Assembly: GCA_002269645.1 (NCBI GenBank)
Contig: NIVC01001834.1
Coordinates: 1-64,000 of the forward strand
DNA length: 64,000 nt
DNA from: Macrostomum lignano
Taxonomy: Eukaryota
Direction of reading: 5' to 3'
In this document: positions 1 to 11,818 of the stretch, piece after piece
How positions within the stretch are numbered: position 1 is the stretch's first letter
Layout of the letters: every line of letters starts with the position of its first letter
Program-made: the position numbers and the translations under genes
Notes under the pieces: generated by a model
Told to the model about the DNA's origin: nothing
Database searches by the model: none
The model's input: the letters and a program-made list of their open reading frames with translations, nothing else

Positions 1-830
1 GCAGTGGAAGATGCTAGAGGAGCACTTGAAGCAGAAATGCGAGTACGAGACCGTCGCGTGCCAATTTTGTCTCAGGGAAATCATTGTGTACAAGCTGCAC
101 CTTGTTCACTGCAATCTGGAGTCTGCCGACTGCTGTGTACACTTCCGCTGCCACTGCGGCTACTGCGGCTTCTTCGGCTACGGCAGTGACATGCTAAACC
201 GTGTGGACTTTATTGAGCATGCAAAGACTTGCTCTGAGATTCCTGTGAAATGTCCGTTCGCCGAGTTTGGCTGTCGAGCGAGGTCAAAGCAGAGGCAGCT
301 GACTGAGCATTACAGCCAAAACACTAATGAGCACTTGCTTATGATGAGCAACATAGTCAAAGAATTGCAGGCGTCCAAGTGCAGTGATGCTGCAAAAATA
401 ACACGCTTGGAGAAGGAAAATGGTGATCTGAAAGCTAGGATCAAGCTCATCGAAGCCAAACAGGTTCGTATAGTAAACACTGTCATTGTGATTAAGATCT
501 AAAACTGAATTAGCCACTTTGAGTTGATATGCATGTAGCAGCGCTCCTTTATTGCAGGCCAAATCCGAAGCTTCGGTCTCAGCAACCAAGCCTGAGTTGC
601 GAAGGTCTCTGGAGACAATTACCAATCGCGTCTCTGCCAACAACGTCTCGGAACTCGGACGCGAATCTTCGACTCCAGCATCGGTTGCAGCTTTACCGTC
701 GAAAGGTTGTCATCGACGGGTGCAATCGAGCCCATTTTCGACCAATTGGCTGCCCAGCCGCAAGAGAACCGCGTCGGAGAGTTTGACGGAAGAGACCAAC
801 GCGGAATTGGCTGTGCCTGGCGGAAACTGA
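1..830 (+). CDS. 3' part of a TRAF-like protein (TRAF-type Zn fingers, coiled coil, low-complexity tail, no MATH domain); exons <1..463 and 558..830
   Basis: ORF 11..502 has TRAF-finger motifs (EEHLKQKCEYETVACQFC; EHAKTCSEIPVKCPFAEFGC) and a coiled coil. A phase-0 GT..AG intron 464..557 (CAG|GTTCGT, TTATTGCAG|GCC) joins it to ORF 552..830. Confidence 0.8.
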
Positions 831-958
831 TACAAAAAAAAAACGAGATTTAAGTTTTGTACATAATAATCTGTGTGACTCGGCGCGGATGATGTGGACG
901 GGACACACCGGCGCAGGGATACAGTGACGCGTTGGTGACTCACTCGTCGCCGACGTTT

Positions 959-1235
959 ACGTTGTCGATCTGGCCAGCGTGCGACGGCCGTCAACGTCTT
1001 GTTCGAGCTAGTCTGTCAGCGCCTCAGGGTGTACAGAGGCCCTAACTGTTTATCGGTCAGGCATGTACACTCTCTGCGCCTTGGAGTTGGCCCTAATGGT
1101 TGTGAATCGCACGACAACCTCCGGTAAGTGTGGTGAATGCGCCACCTAGTTTAGGTCTCCGCCTAGCCACCCCTGCTTAATTGTACTGCAATGTCGATCC
1201 CACCCCAAACCCTAGGCTAGGTTGAGTCGCGATTG
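959..1235 (-). mobile_element. SINE-like element sharing a central body with SINE family A (cassette copy 1)
   Basis: Shares GTGTACAG.GGCCCTAAC..TTTATCG.T.AGGCATGTACACT..CTG.GCC.TGG.GTTGGCCCT with the SINE at 50020-50290; repeated at 7441 and 16246. Confidence 0.5.
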
Positions 1236-1264
1236 ACCTTTCTCATTCGTTTATCTCACTCTAA

Positions 1265-2050
1265 AGGGAGATCGCTTGCGCCGTTACTGTCGCTTGCGCG
1301 GCTCAGCGTGCTTGGCTACGCCGACGATCTCGCCCTCCTTTCCTCCACCGTCGAGGGCGCCCAGCGCCAGCTGGACCGGCTGGTAAGCGTTGCGGCGAGC
1401 GTCGGCCTGGTGGTCAACACGCAGAAGACCGTTGTGCTCTGCGTACCGGACGACATCGAGGCTGCAATTTTCTGCCGAGGCGCAGACGCGCAGGTGACGA
1501 GGCTTCCGCGATGTCAGCAGTTCGTCTATCTCGGCGGTCTGGTGCCTGACGTTCGTGAGGACCTGCGACTTTGCTATGGATTTGCCTGTGCTGCCTTCCG
1601 TTCCGTGAGGGCTGTCCAGCAGTCCGAGGCCCTGCCTGACCGCCAGAGGGCGGCGTTGTTCCAGGCGGTGATCGAAACCGTACTGTTGTACAACGCCGAG
1701 ACCTGGACCCTGACTGATTCACTCGAACAGCAGGTCGATGCGGCGCACGCTGGCCTGCTGTGCGCCGCCTTCAAGATCGGCTACGAGCGAGTCACCAATG
1801 CGGCACTCTATCGCCACACCGGCCTGTCCCGTCCCAGCGAAATGTTGCGCCATCGGCGACTCCAGCTGGCAAGGCCATATCATCTGAGACGAGTCGTACT
1901 GCCCACAGCCGGTGCAGAAAGTGCTTTTGCTCACGCTGCAGGAACCCTACCGGCGGGGGCAGGCCCGCACTCGGCGTTTCGTCGACTGCCTGCTGGCTGA
2001 TGCCGGCGGTGCGGCCTACGTTCGCGCCCAGGCCCTGAAACGCGCCCTGT
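1265..2050 (+). mobile_element. 5'-truncated RTE/RTEX-like non-LTR retrotransposon fragment (RT C-terminal half)
   Basis: ORF 1233..2000 contains GYADDLALL...VNTQKT...FVYLGG...ETVLLYNAETWTL; frameshifted near the 3' end; same family as 61490-63470. Confidence 0.9.
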
Positions 2051-2300
2051 GACATTGTCCCACGTTTGCTGGCTGACGTATTTTTTGTTGTTGTTGTCGC
2101 TCTAGTTGATTGGCTCAGCCGTTTTTTTGGGGCTACGTACGAGTGTAAGTCCCAGTTGTTGTCGTCCGTTTTTGGAAGGTTTGACTGGTTGGACGCGTCG
2201 TACGCCCGTCGCACCTCAACTGGCACGCGTGCCAGAAGCATTAGGTTAATTTTTAGTTAATTTGGTAGCATTCTGTCAGTGATATCTGCTTCAGTAATTA

Positions 2301-2826
2301 TGTGAAGGCCTGGGGTGGATTGGCTGGGCCGGGCAGCAGCTGGCTCAACTTTTCCTCACCCCCCGCCGCGGTGTGATTGGCTGGCGTGGGGTAGGGCCTG
2401 TCGGGAGGGGTTGTGGGGGTTGGTGGGCTCGAGGGTTTGCAGCTCTCCCCCCCCGCGTGCGCTAGCCATTTAGGTAGTCTGGGCGTCGTCACTCGCCTCT
2501 CTATACCTAGTTTGGCTTTTGGTGCTGTCCTGTGATTGGTTTGCTCTCGCCGTAAGGACGTTTTCCTATGGAAAAGATCCAATCCAAAGAGACGTGTTGA
2601 AAAAATCTAAGAAAGTTGGATGCGTTCCTCTGTCTTCCTTCTTTTGGTTACAAAAGGGGGCAACTAAGGCTCCGTGTGTCCTGACGCCTACTTACTGTAG
2701 TTTAGGCTACCTGGCGTCCTGATGCAGGCATGATCCACATAGGAACATCCTGACAACCGACAAGCAAGGTGCACCCGTACCCTGTACACCCTACCGTATT
2801 ATATAGGCCCGAGGTATAGGGATACA
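2301..2826. mobile_element. Solo-LTR-like non-coding repeat (TGT...ACA termini)
   Basis: Begins TGTGAAGG and ends GGGATA(A)CA, has a TATATA box, and is conserved in all three cassettes. No clear TSD. Confidence 0.35.
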
Positions 2827-3439
2827 TCATTATTTTTTACTGTTTCAGTGTATATCTTTTTTATCGTTTGCAGTACGAGCCAGTTTGTGTGGTAGTCGTT
2901 TCAATAGTATTGTAACAATTTTTTAATAATAGTAATACTCTACAATTTAGTGTTTATAATAAATTTGTTATACTGTATGATTTGTTTTAATGCGATTGAT
3001 TTTTGTTAACTATGATAGACTTTATTGGACTATAGGCGCGATCCAATAGGTAGCCAACTTAAATTAGTATTAATAAAAAGGCGCCCAAGGAGAAAATTCT
3101 TTCATTGGTTTCAACCTTTTCGGTTCAGTCGTATTAATCAGTTCTGAATCTGTAGTCTAATCCTAATCATTCTTCTAAAAGGAGTGTTTGTCGATAGAAC
3201 AGTAATTGCAAAGAAAAACTCGTTCTGTTGCAGAGAAAAAGGCGTTTTGTCTGTGAAACAATTGGTGTTTAACTGCTTTACACGTGTTGCAGAGCATGAA
3301 GTAAAGGGGCAACTTGCCCTGTGCCAAGTGAAAAGCTATGGGGGGAGTCCCCTGGAAATGAAGAAAGCCGGGAACCTCTCGATCATTGATAACGCCGTTT
3401 TGGGACTTGACGCCTACAACAGCTTGGTGTCAGCTTGTG

Positions 3440-3730
3440 TGCTGCTGCATCGCAGGGGAGCAGCACACAAGCGCGCGAATACGTACGCAGTCATGCGCAC
3501 AGGCACACTCACACAGGAGTGTACAGCGGCCCTAACTTTATTTATCGTTAGGCATGTACACTTCACTGTGCCTTTGGGGTTGGCGCTTAAGCTGGGAATT
3601 ACGAGCGTATTTGCACGAGCAGAGCCAAGCCGAGATTCCTATTTAGCCTCAAAATTAATGCGACTGCACTTGGAATCGAGCCTGGGCCGCAGGCACATCA
3701 GAGCGCCGCGCCAGACCACTAGTCTACACC
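3440..3730 (-). mobile_element. Degenerate copy of tRNA-derived SINE family A
   Basis: Colinear with 50020-50290 (GAGCAGAGCCAAGCCGAGATTCC.ATTTAGCCTCAAAATTAATG; GGAATCGAGCCTGGGCCG). Confidence 0.75.
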
Positions 3731-3920
3731 CCCCATGTTCTCTACATGTAAATCTGCAGCCTCAATCTCATTGGACGAGCTTTGCTAGATCGATTATAAC
3801 AAACTCTGGGATTGGTGAGTGCATAAAAAGCGATGATCTGCTCCCAAATATTAGAAATTCGTTATTGAGTTTTGTGCTACGATTTCAAAAGCAAGATTAG
3901 CAAAATTTTAAAGTCTCGAA

Positions 3921-4691
3921 ATGAAGATCCTCAACAAATTCCCGGCAATCCTGCTCGAGCTGCAGTGCCTACTGATCTCGGTGACGGCTGGCAGCAGCCA
4001 GTGCTCATCGCAGCAGTCATTCACAGCCGTGAACGCCAGCCTGTGCATCGGCAGCGAGTTCACGGAGACGCCCCTGGGCAGCAGCGCGGCAGCATCGGAG
4101 GTCCTGTGCTCGCTGCTCTGCGCCAGCAGGCCCCGCTGCCAGGCCTTCAGCTTGGCCCGCGGCCCCTGCCAGCTGTTCGTGTTCGACAGGTGCAGCAAAG
4201 GCGTGCGGGACTGCAGCGCCAGCTGCTCGGCCTTCGGTCGGTCTTCGTGAAGCAGCGGCCGGGCCTGCCGCCTGGAAAACTCTGCCCGCCTGAGTTCGAT
4301 TCCCAGCGGTGCGGGTTCGCTACCGGCTGGTGAACGGCACGGCCGGCTGGCAGAGGGGCCGGCAGGTCTGCGCCAACCAGACCGGCCTCGTCATCATGGC
4401 CGACGTGCTGGACGCTGAGGAGCTGCGCTTCATCAGCTCCCAGTTCAGCGGCCTGAACATCTGGCTCGGCGGCCACCAGGAAGAGGGAAGTCCCGAGCCC
4501 GAGGGTGGCGTTGGCTGGACTGTGGGCTGGAGTTCGATCCCAGCCTGTGGGTTGCAGGTGAACCAAATGACGGTGGAAATGCCGAGAAGTACATTCTCCG
4601 CTACTCGGGCACAGCTGGTCTGGTAGACGCACCAGAAACGCTGTCTTTCCCAACGAATGCCCTGTGCGAGTGCTTCTCGCCGTTTGAATGA
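3921..4691 (+). pseudogene. PAN/apple + C-type lectin gene, copy 1, frameshifted
   Basis: Colinear with intact 19295..20071 but has several small deletions (e.g. near 4240, 4315, 4500) that split the ORF. Confidence 0.8.
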
Positions 4692-5259
4692 CGTGTGCCT
4701 GTCATTAGTGATACTCGAGTTCAACTGCTATAAAAATCGCTACGTGGGAATAGTGAAGTCCTCGTGTGATGCCCCGATATCGCGGAGTTAATGGGTTTTC
4801 CTGAACAAAACTGAAAAAAATGTTTTTAGATGATTCGTGTCCCAGGAAACACCCACAAGTGCTTCACGTGGCGCATCGATGCGCAAAAAATTGAACGAAC
4901 GAGTGGCAGTCAATTGGATAATATAAAAGCCCTTTTTGCCCACTTTATATCTGTCAATTTAATGCTTCGTTGCTCATGGCTACTAAAAGTATGGCTAGTA
5001 AGATAATTGGGATACTTTTGCTATGAAACAGCAGAAAATCTCTTAGCAAATATCAATCAAATTGTTTATCATTAGGGAGTTGGATTTCTTCGGTCCTCGT
5101 TTTAAATATTTTAGTAATGGAATTAGAAGTACGAGCTATCTCACAGCACTCTACGAGTAGGTTAGAAAAATATGTTATTTTCTGCGTTAAGTTGGCACAA
5201 AACCGTACCAGTAGTACACTAACACGGTTGTATATAGATTTATGATTCGTTTTTCAAAT

Positions 5260-6349
5260 TCAAAAAACAACAGATCTCCTTCGACCCATCCTGTTCAATT
5301 CCTTGACGGCGGCATCCTGCTGGCTCTGATTGTCTTCTTCAACGGGCTGCTCTGTTAAATCGCCGTTGCTCAGTCGTCTCTGAAATTGCGGATAAACAGG
5401 GGCAGTGAATTCGGCACATCGATGGGTTTTAATGCTGAGAAACATTACAATTTAAAGCCTTATTTACCCCTTGATTGAGCAGTGTTTTTAGTAGAGGAGA
5501 CTTTTCAAAGGTGGATAAACGTTCGGTTAGCTTCAGGACTTTTTCTTTCAGTTGTCCGACTTCAATGGCCCTCTGTTTATCTCTGGTCTTGAGCTTCATC
5601 AACAAATTATTGATTTCTTTTAGTTCGGAGTCCTTTCGCTGCAGCTCCTGTTGGAAGCGCTGCACCGTGAGCTCCAGGTGGCCATCGGTACCCGAGCAGT
5701 AGTGCTCATCGAGCTGCGACATTGCCACGTTCGTCTGACACCCGATGCTCTGTCGGTACTTGCAGTCGCTCGGTCTCTCCGGACAGGTCATCAGGTGCTC
5801 CTCGAACTCCGAGCGGTACAGCCTGCTGCTCGAGTCGCTGCAGTGAGGACACGGAGCTCGGAACTCGGAGCAGCAGTGAGGAGACCGCAGATCCGTGTGG
5901 CAGCCGTTCAGCTCGAACTGACGGACTCGCTCCGAGCAGCGGTCGCACGTGACGATCTCGAACTGGCACTCGTTGGTCAGATGAGAGTCCAGCTGCCTCA
6001 AGGTGAGCTGCTTCTCACAGCCGGACTCTTCGTTCGGGCATCGGACTTCAAGTTCGAGCACGTCCTTACGTGTTGCAGTGTCGGGGAAGCAGACAGCCTG
6101 ACTCACAAAGTGCTCAACAAGTCTCGCACGGTCTCTGCAGCTGTCCAGCGAATGAATGCAGGGACAGACTCGATCGCTGGATTGCAGCAGCTCGGTGCTG
6201 AAGCACCGCTGGCACAGGCGGCATCCGTGCGGAGTCTGGTAGGAATTTATGAGCAGCTCTGAGCAGCCGCTGCACATTAAATGGTTCGGTATCGGCTTGT
6301 TTCGAATTTTGATAGAAGATAAATCGCTTCGCACTAAAGCTTGCTCCAT
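5260..6349 (-). CDS. TRAF-like protein copy 1 (atypical RING, TRAF Zn fingers, coiled coil, no MATH); exons 6349..5468 and 5379..5260, 333 aa
   Basis: ORF 5429..6349 has CSGC-x11-HGCRLCQRC, FPDTATRKDVLELEVRCPNEESGC and HLMTCPERPSDCKY. A phase-0 intron 5467..5380 (GGG|GTAAAT, CAATTTCAG|AGA) joins it in frame to ORF 5260..5445. Confidence 0.85.
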
Positions 6350-7184
6350 TTTAGCTTGCTATAGGTGTCATTCAACTTGCGACGTAAAATTTGCGGCTTC
6401 TACACAGCAAGCTCGCGAATTTCTCATCCAAAACAGTCACTGGTTATAACATAACAAAAGTAGGTACTACCGTGTTTGGAGTGTTTACAACTGGCTGCAA
6501 CAACCCCAGGTAAATGAATTCGGTTGTGTGCGTGCAAGTACATTTAAGCTATAGATAACCTAAAGAGGTTAGGGCTACTGTAGTCTGCAGTGAAGGGTTG
6601 TAGCTCGTACACTCGTTTCTCTTCTATTTCTCTTCTCAATTCTATTTATGGCAAGTACCCTGCAATGTTGTCAATTCAACAGAACTGTCCCACAGCGCGA
6701 CCTGCACACTGAAATTTATGCACGTGATGCGTCTTATCTTATTTTTAGTTGAACAACAAGTTTATGTAGTCGTTTGCACAGTTTTTAGTAAACAAGTATT
6801 GGTTAATTATGGTTTAATTTGAGTATCATTAACCCTATGTTGACTGTTGGATCCGAGGTCTCACCATCTGGACATTTGAAATGCAGCATGCATGCGTTTG
6901 GTCCGATGTGAACTCGCAAGTTAATTGAGCTACTAGAACCACAGGATACACTTGAACTAATCTTGCAAAGTTCCGGCGAATATTTCAGCTACTGAAATCA
7001 TTTTTTATATATGGCAAAACCTCATTGTATCTTACGCTCTTACGCACAGCGTTTTTCTTACAAGTTACAGGAGCGTCGCCATGGATTTTATGGTAGGGGA
7101 GACGAAGCCGAGAGTTCTACATCTACATATACATTACTAAATTCCTACATGTACATTATTTCCGAACCGGTGTTGTCAGCGATC

Positions 7185-7345
7185 ATTTTAGCGCCGCAGG
7201 CACTCATTTTGGCGCCGCAGGCACTCATTTTAGCGCCGCAGGCACTCATTTTAGCGCCGCATGCACTCAATTTAGCGCAGCAGGAACACATTTTAGTGCC
7301 ACAGGCACTCATTTTAGCGCCGCATGCACTCAATTTAATGGTGCA
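7185..7345. repeat. 21-bp minisatellite (GCACTCATTTTAGCGCCGCAG), short allele
   Basis: About 7 tandem units; the same unit is expanded at 15785-16150. Confidence 0.9.
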
Positions 7346-7440
7346 GATGCTATGTTTTGTCGCCCTGAAGTGAAATGATTGATTTCCATAACAGGTCAAC
7401 AAGGTGGGGTAGGGGGGGACAAAGCAGTGGCATGTCTCCT

Positions 7441-7720
7441 ACGTTGTCGATCTGGCCAGCGTTCGACGGCCGTCAGCGTGTTGTTCGAGCTAGTCTATCA
7501 GCGTCTCAGGGTGTACAGAGGCCCTAACTGTTTATCGGTCAGGCATATACACTCTCGAGCATTGGAGTTGGCTCTAATGGTTGTGAATCGCACGACAACC
7601 TCCGGTAATTGTGGGGTGAATGCGCCGCCTAGTTTAGTTCTCCGCCTAGCCACCCCTGCTTAATTGTACCGCAATGTCGATCCCCCCCCCCAAACCCTAG
7701 GCTAGGTTGAGTCGCGATTG
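7441..7720 (-). mobile_element. SINE-like element (cassette copy 2)
   Basis: Near-identical to 959-1235. Confidence 0.5.
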
Positions 7721-7749
7721 ACTCTTTTCTCATTCGTTTATCTCACTCT

Positions 7750-8520
7750 AAAGGGAGATCGCTTGCGCCGTTACTGTCGCTTGCGCGGCTCAGCGTGCTT
7801 GGCTACGCCGACGATCTCGCCCTCCTTTCCTCGACCGTCGAGGGCGCCCAGCGCCAGCTGGACCGGCTGGTAAGCGTTGCGGCGTCGGCCTGGTGGTCAA
7901 CACGCAGAAGACCGTTGTGCTCTGCGTGCCGGACGACATTGAGGCTGCAATTTTCTGCCGAGGCGCAGACGCGCAGGTGACGAGGCTTCCGCGATGTCAG
8001 CAGTTCGTCTATCTCGGCGGTCTGGTACCTGACGTTCGTGAGGACCTGCGACTTTGCTGTGGACTTGCCTGGGCTGCCTTCCTTTTCGAGGAAGTCCAAG
8101 GCCCTACCTGACCGCCAGAGGGCGGCGTTGTTCCAGGCGGTGATCGAAACCGTACTGTTGTACAACGCCGAGACCTGGGCCCTGTCTGATTCACTCGAAC
8201 AGCAGGTCGATGCGGCGCACGCTGGACTGCTGCGCGCCGCTTCAAGATCGGCTACGAGCGAGTCACCATTGCGGCACTCTATCGCCGCACCAGCCTGTCC
8301 CGTCCCAGCGAAATGTTGCGCCATCGACTCCAGCTGGCAAAGCCATTCTATCCGAGCCGAGTCGTACTGCCCACAGCCGGTGCAGGAAGTGCTTTTGCTC
8401 ACGCTGCAGGAACCTTACCGGCGGGGGCAGGCCCGCACTTGGCGTTTCGTCGACTGCCTGTTGGCTGATGCCGGCGGTGCGGCCTACGTTCGCGCCCAGG
8501 CCCTGAAACGCGCCCTGTGA
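7750..8520 (+). mobile_element. RTE/RTEX-like fragment (cassette copy 2)
   Basis: GYADDLALL at 7798; colinear with 1265-2050, with additional frameshifts. Confidence 0.9.
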
Positions 8521-8873
8521 CATTGTCCCACGCTTGACTATCTGACGTATTTTTTGTTTTTGTTGTCGCTCTAGTTGATTGGCTCAGCCGTTTTTTGTGG
8601 CTACGTACGAGTGTAAGTCCCAGTTGTTGTCGTCCGTTTTTGGAAGGTTTTACTGGTTGGACGCGTCGTACGCCCGTCGCACCTCAACTGGCACGCGTGC
8701 CAGAGGCATTAGAGAATCACTCGAGCTGTCTGGTCCTAGCCGACTCTGCGTCGTACGTCAGTAGGTTGGGTGACCGCGGTGCTGCTTTGGACCATAAGTT
8801 TGGTACTTGCATGTTAATTTGGTAGCATGTTAATTTGGTAGCATTCTGTCAGTGATATCTGCTTAAGTTGTTA

Positions 8874-9401
8874 TGTGAAGGCCTGGTGTGGATTGGCTGG
8901 GCCGGGCAGCTGGCTCAGTTTTTCCTCACCCCCCGCCGCGGTGTGATTGGCTGGCGTGGGGCAGGGCCTGTCGGGAGGGTTGTGGGGGTTGGTGGGCTCG
9001 GGGGTTTGCAGCCTCTCCCCCCCCCCGCGTGCGCTAGCCATTTAAGGTAGTCTGGGCGTCGTCACTCGCCTCTCTATACCTAGTTTGGCTTTCGGTGCTG
9101 TCCTGTGATTGGTTTGCTCTCGCCGTAAGGACATTTTCCTATGGAAAAGATCCAATTCAAAGAGACGTATTGAAAGGAGCTAGGAAAGTTGGATGCGTTC
9201 CTCTGTCTTCCTTCTTTTGGTTGCCAAAAGGGGGCAACTAAGGCTTCGTGTGTCCTGACGCCTACTTACTGTAGTTTAGGCTACCTGGCGTCCTGATGCA
9301 GGTATGATCCACATAGGAACATCCTGACAACCGACAAGCAAGGTGCACCCGTACCCTGTACACCCTACCGTATTATATAGGCCCGAGGTGTAGGGATAAC
9401 A
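8874..9401. mobile_element. Solo-LTR-like repeat (cassette copy 2)
   Basis: Near-identical to 2301-2826. Confidence 0.35.
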
Positions 9402-10009
9402 TCATTATTTTTTACTGTTTCAGTGTATATCTTTTTTATCGTTTGCAGTACGAGCCAGTTTGTGTGGTAGTCATTTCAATAGTATTGTAACAATTTTTTA
9501 ATAATAGTAATATTCTACAATTTAGTGTTTAAAATAAATTTGTTATACTGTATGATTTGTTTTAATGCGATTGATTTTTGTTAACTATGCTAGACTTTAT
9601 TGGACCATAGGCGCGATCCAATAGGTAGCCAACTTAAATTAGTATTTATACAGAGGAGCGCAAGGAGAAAATTCTTTCACGGGTTTTAACCTTTTCTTAA
9701 TCAGTTCTGAATCTGTAGTCTTATCTTAATCATTCTTCTAAAAGGAGTGTTTGTCGATAGAACAGTAATTGCAAAGAAAAACTCGTTTTGTTGCAGAGAA
9801 AAAGGCGTTCTGTCTGTGAAACAATTGGTGTTTAACTGCTTTACACGTGTTGCAGAGTGAAGTAAAGGGGCAACTTGCCCTGTGCCAAGTGAAAAGCTAT
9901 GGGGGGGAGTCCCCTGGAAATGAAGAAAGCCGGGAACCTCTCGATCATTGATAACGCCGTTTTGGGACTTGACGCCTACAACAGCTTGGTGTCAGCTTGT
10001 GTGCAGCAC

Positions 10010-10285
10010 ACAAGGGCGCGAATACGTACGCAGTCATACGCACAGGCACTCACTCACACAGGAGTGCACAGCGGCCCTAACTTAATTTATCGTTAGGCAT
10101 GTACACTTCACTGTGCCTTTGGGGGTTGGCCCTTAAGCTGGGAATTACGAGCGTAATTGCACGAGCAGAGCCAAGCCAAGATTCCTATTTAGCCTCAAAA
10201 TTAATGTGTCTGTACTTGGAATCGAGCCTGGACCGCTGGCACATCAGAGCGCCTCGCCAGACCACTAATCTACACCCCCATGTTC
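10010..10285 (-). mobile_element. Degenerate SINE family A (cassette copy 2)
   Basis: Colinear with 3440-3730 and 50020-50290. Confidence 0.7.
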
Positions 10286-10465
10286 TCTACATGTAAATCT
10301 GCAGCCTCAATCTCATTGGACGAGCTTTGCTAGATCGATTATAACAAACTCTGGGATTGGTGAGTGCATAAAAAGCGATGATCTGCTCCTAAATATTAGA
10401 AATTCGTTATTGAGTTTTGTGCTACGATTTCAAATGCAAGATTAGCAAAATTTTAAAGTCTCGAA

Positions 10466-11249
10466 ATGAAGATCCTCAACAAATTCCCGGCAATCCTGCT
10501 CGAGCTGCAGTGCCTACTGATCTCGGTGACGGCTGGCAGCAGCCGGTGCTCATCGCAGCAGGCATTCACAGCCGTGAACGCCAGCCTGTGCATCCGCAGC
10601 GAGTTCACGGAGACGCCCCTGGGCAGCAGCGCGGCAGCATCGGAGGTCCTGTGCTCGCTGCTCTGCGCCAGCAGGCCCCGCTGCCAGGCCTTCAGCTTGG
10701 CCCGCGGCCCCTGCCAGCTGTTCGTGTTCGACAGGTGCAGCAAAGGCGTGCGGGACTGCAGCGCCAGCTGCTCGGCCTTCGGTCTGGTCTTCGTGAAGCA
10801 GCGACCGGGCCTGCCGCCTGGAAAACTCTGCCCGCCTGAGTTCGATTCCCAGCGAGTTCGATTCCCAGGTTCGCTACCGGCTGGTGAACGGCACGGCCGG
10901 CTGGCAGAGGGGCCGGCAGGTCTGCGCCAACCAGACCGACCTCGTCATCATGGCCGACGTGCTGGACGCTGAGGAGCTGCGCTTCATCAACTCCCAGTTC
11001 AGCGGCCTGAACATCTGGCTCGGTGGCCACCAGGAAGAGGGAAGTCCCGAGCCAGGCGGAGGGTGGCGGTGGCTGGACTGTGGTCTGGAGTTCGATCCCA
11101 GCCTGTGGGCTGCAGCTGAACCAAATGACGGTGGAAATGCCGAGAAGTACATTCTCCACTACTCGGGCACAGCCGGCCTGGTAGACGCACCAGAAACGCT
11201 GTCTTTCCCAACGAATGCCCTGTGCGAGTGCGTCTCGCCGTTTGAATGA
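10466..11249 (+). pseudogene. PAN/apple + C-type lectin gene, copy 2, frameshifted
   Basis: A duplication of GAGTTCGATTCCCAG (10838-10852, 10854-10868) gives a net +7 nt relative to copy 3, so the PAN and CTLD halves lie in different frames. Confidence 0.8.
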
Positions 11250-11818
11250 CGTGTGCTTGTCATTAGTGATACTCGAGTTAAACTGCTATAAAAATCGCTA
11301 CGTGGGAATAGTGAAGTCTTCGTGTGATGCCCCGATATCGCGGAGTTAATGGATTTTCCTGAACAAAACTGAAAAAAATGTTTTCAGATTATTCGTGTCC
11401 CAGGAAACACCCACAAGTGCTTCACGTGGCGCATCGATGCGCAAAAAATTGAACGAACGAGTGGCAGTCAATTGGATAATATAAAAGCCCTTTTTGCCCA
11501 CTTTATATCTGTCAATTTAATGGCTTCGTTGCTCATGGCTACTAAAAGTATGGCTAGTAAGATAATTGGGATACTTTTGCTATGAAACAGCAGAAAATCT
11601 CTTAGCAAATATCAATCAAATTGTTTATCATTAGGGAGTTGGATTTCTTCGGTCCTCGTTTTAAATATTTTAGTAATGGAATTAGAAGTACGAGCTATCT
11701 CACAGCACTCTACGAGTAGGTTAGAAAAATATGTTATTTTCTGCGTTAAGTTGGCACAAAACCGTACCAGTAGTACACTAACACGGTTGTATATAGATTT
11801 ATGATTCGTTTTTCAAAT

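Noticed and set aside
3184-3900. 238-aa ORF upstream of lectin 1
   Set aside because: It runs through antisense SINE sequence, is broken in copies 2 and 3, and has no recognisable domain.
4293-4545. Pol III B-box-like GAGTTCGATTCC/GAGTTCGATCCC twice in each lectin
   Set aside because: Explained by the codons for EFDS/EFDP; no matching A box or SINE body.
5435-5467. 33-nt intron using the acceptor TTTCTCAG at 5435
   Set aside because: It is very short and leads straight to a stop. The acceptor at 5380 gives an 88-nt intron and an in-frame last exon like the paralogue at 464-557.
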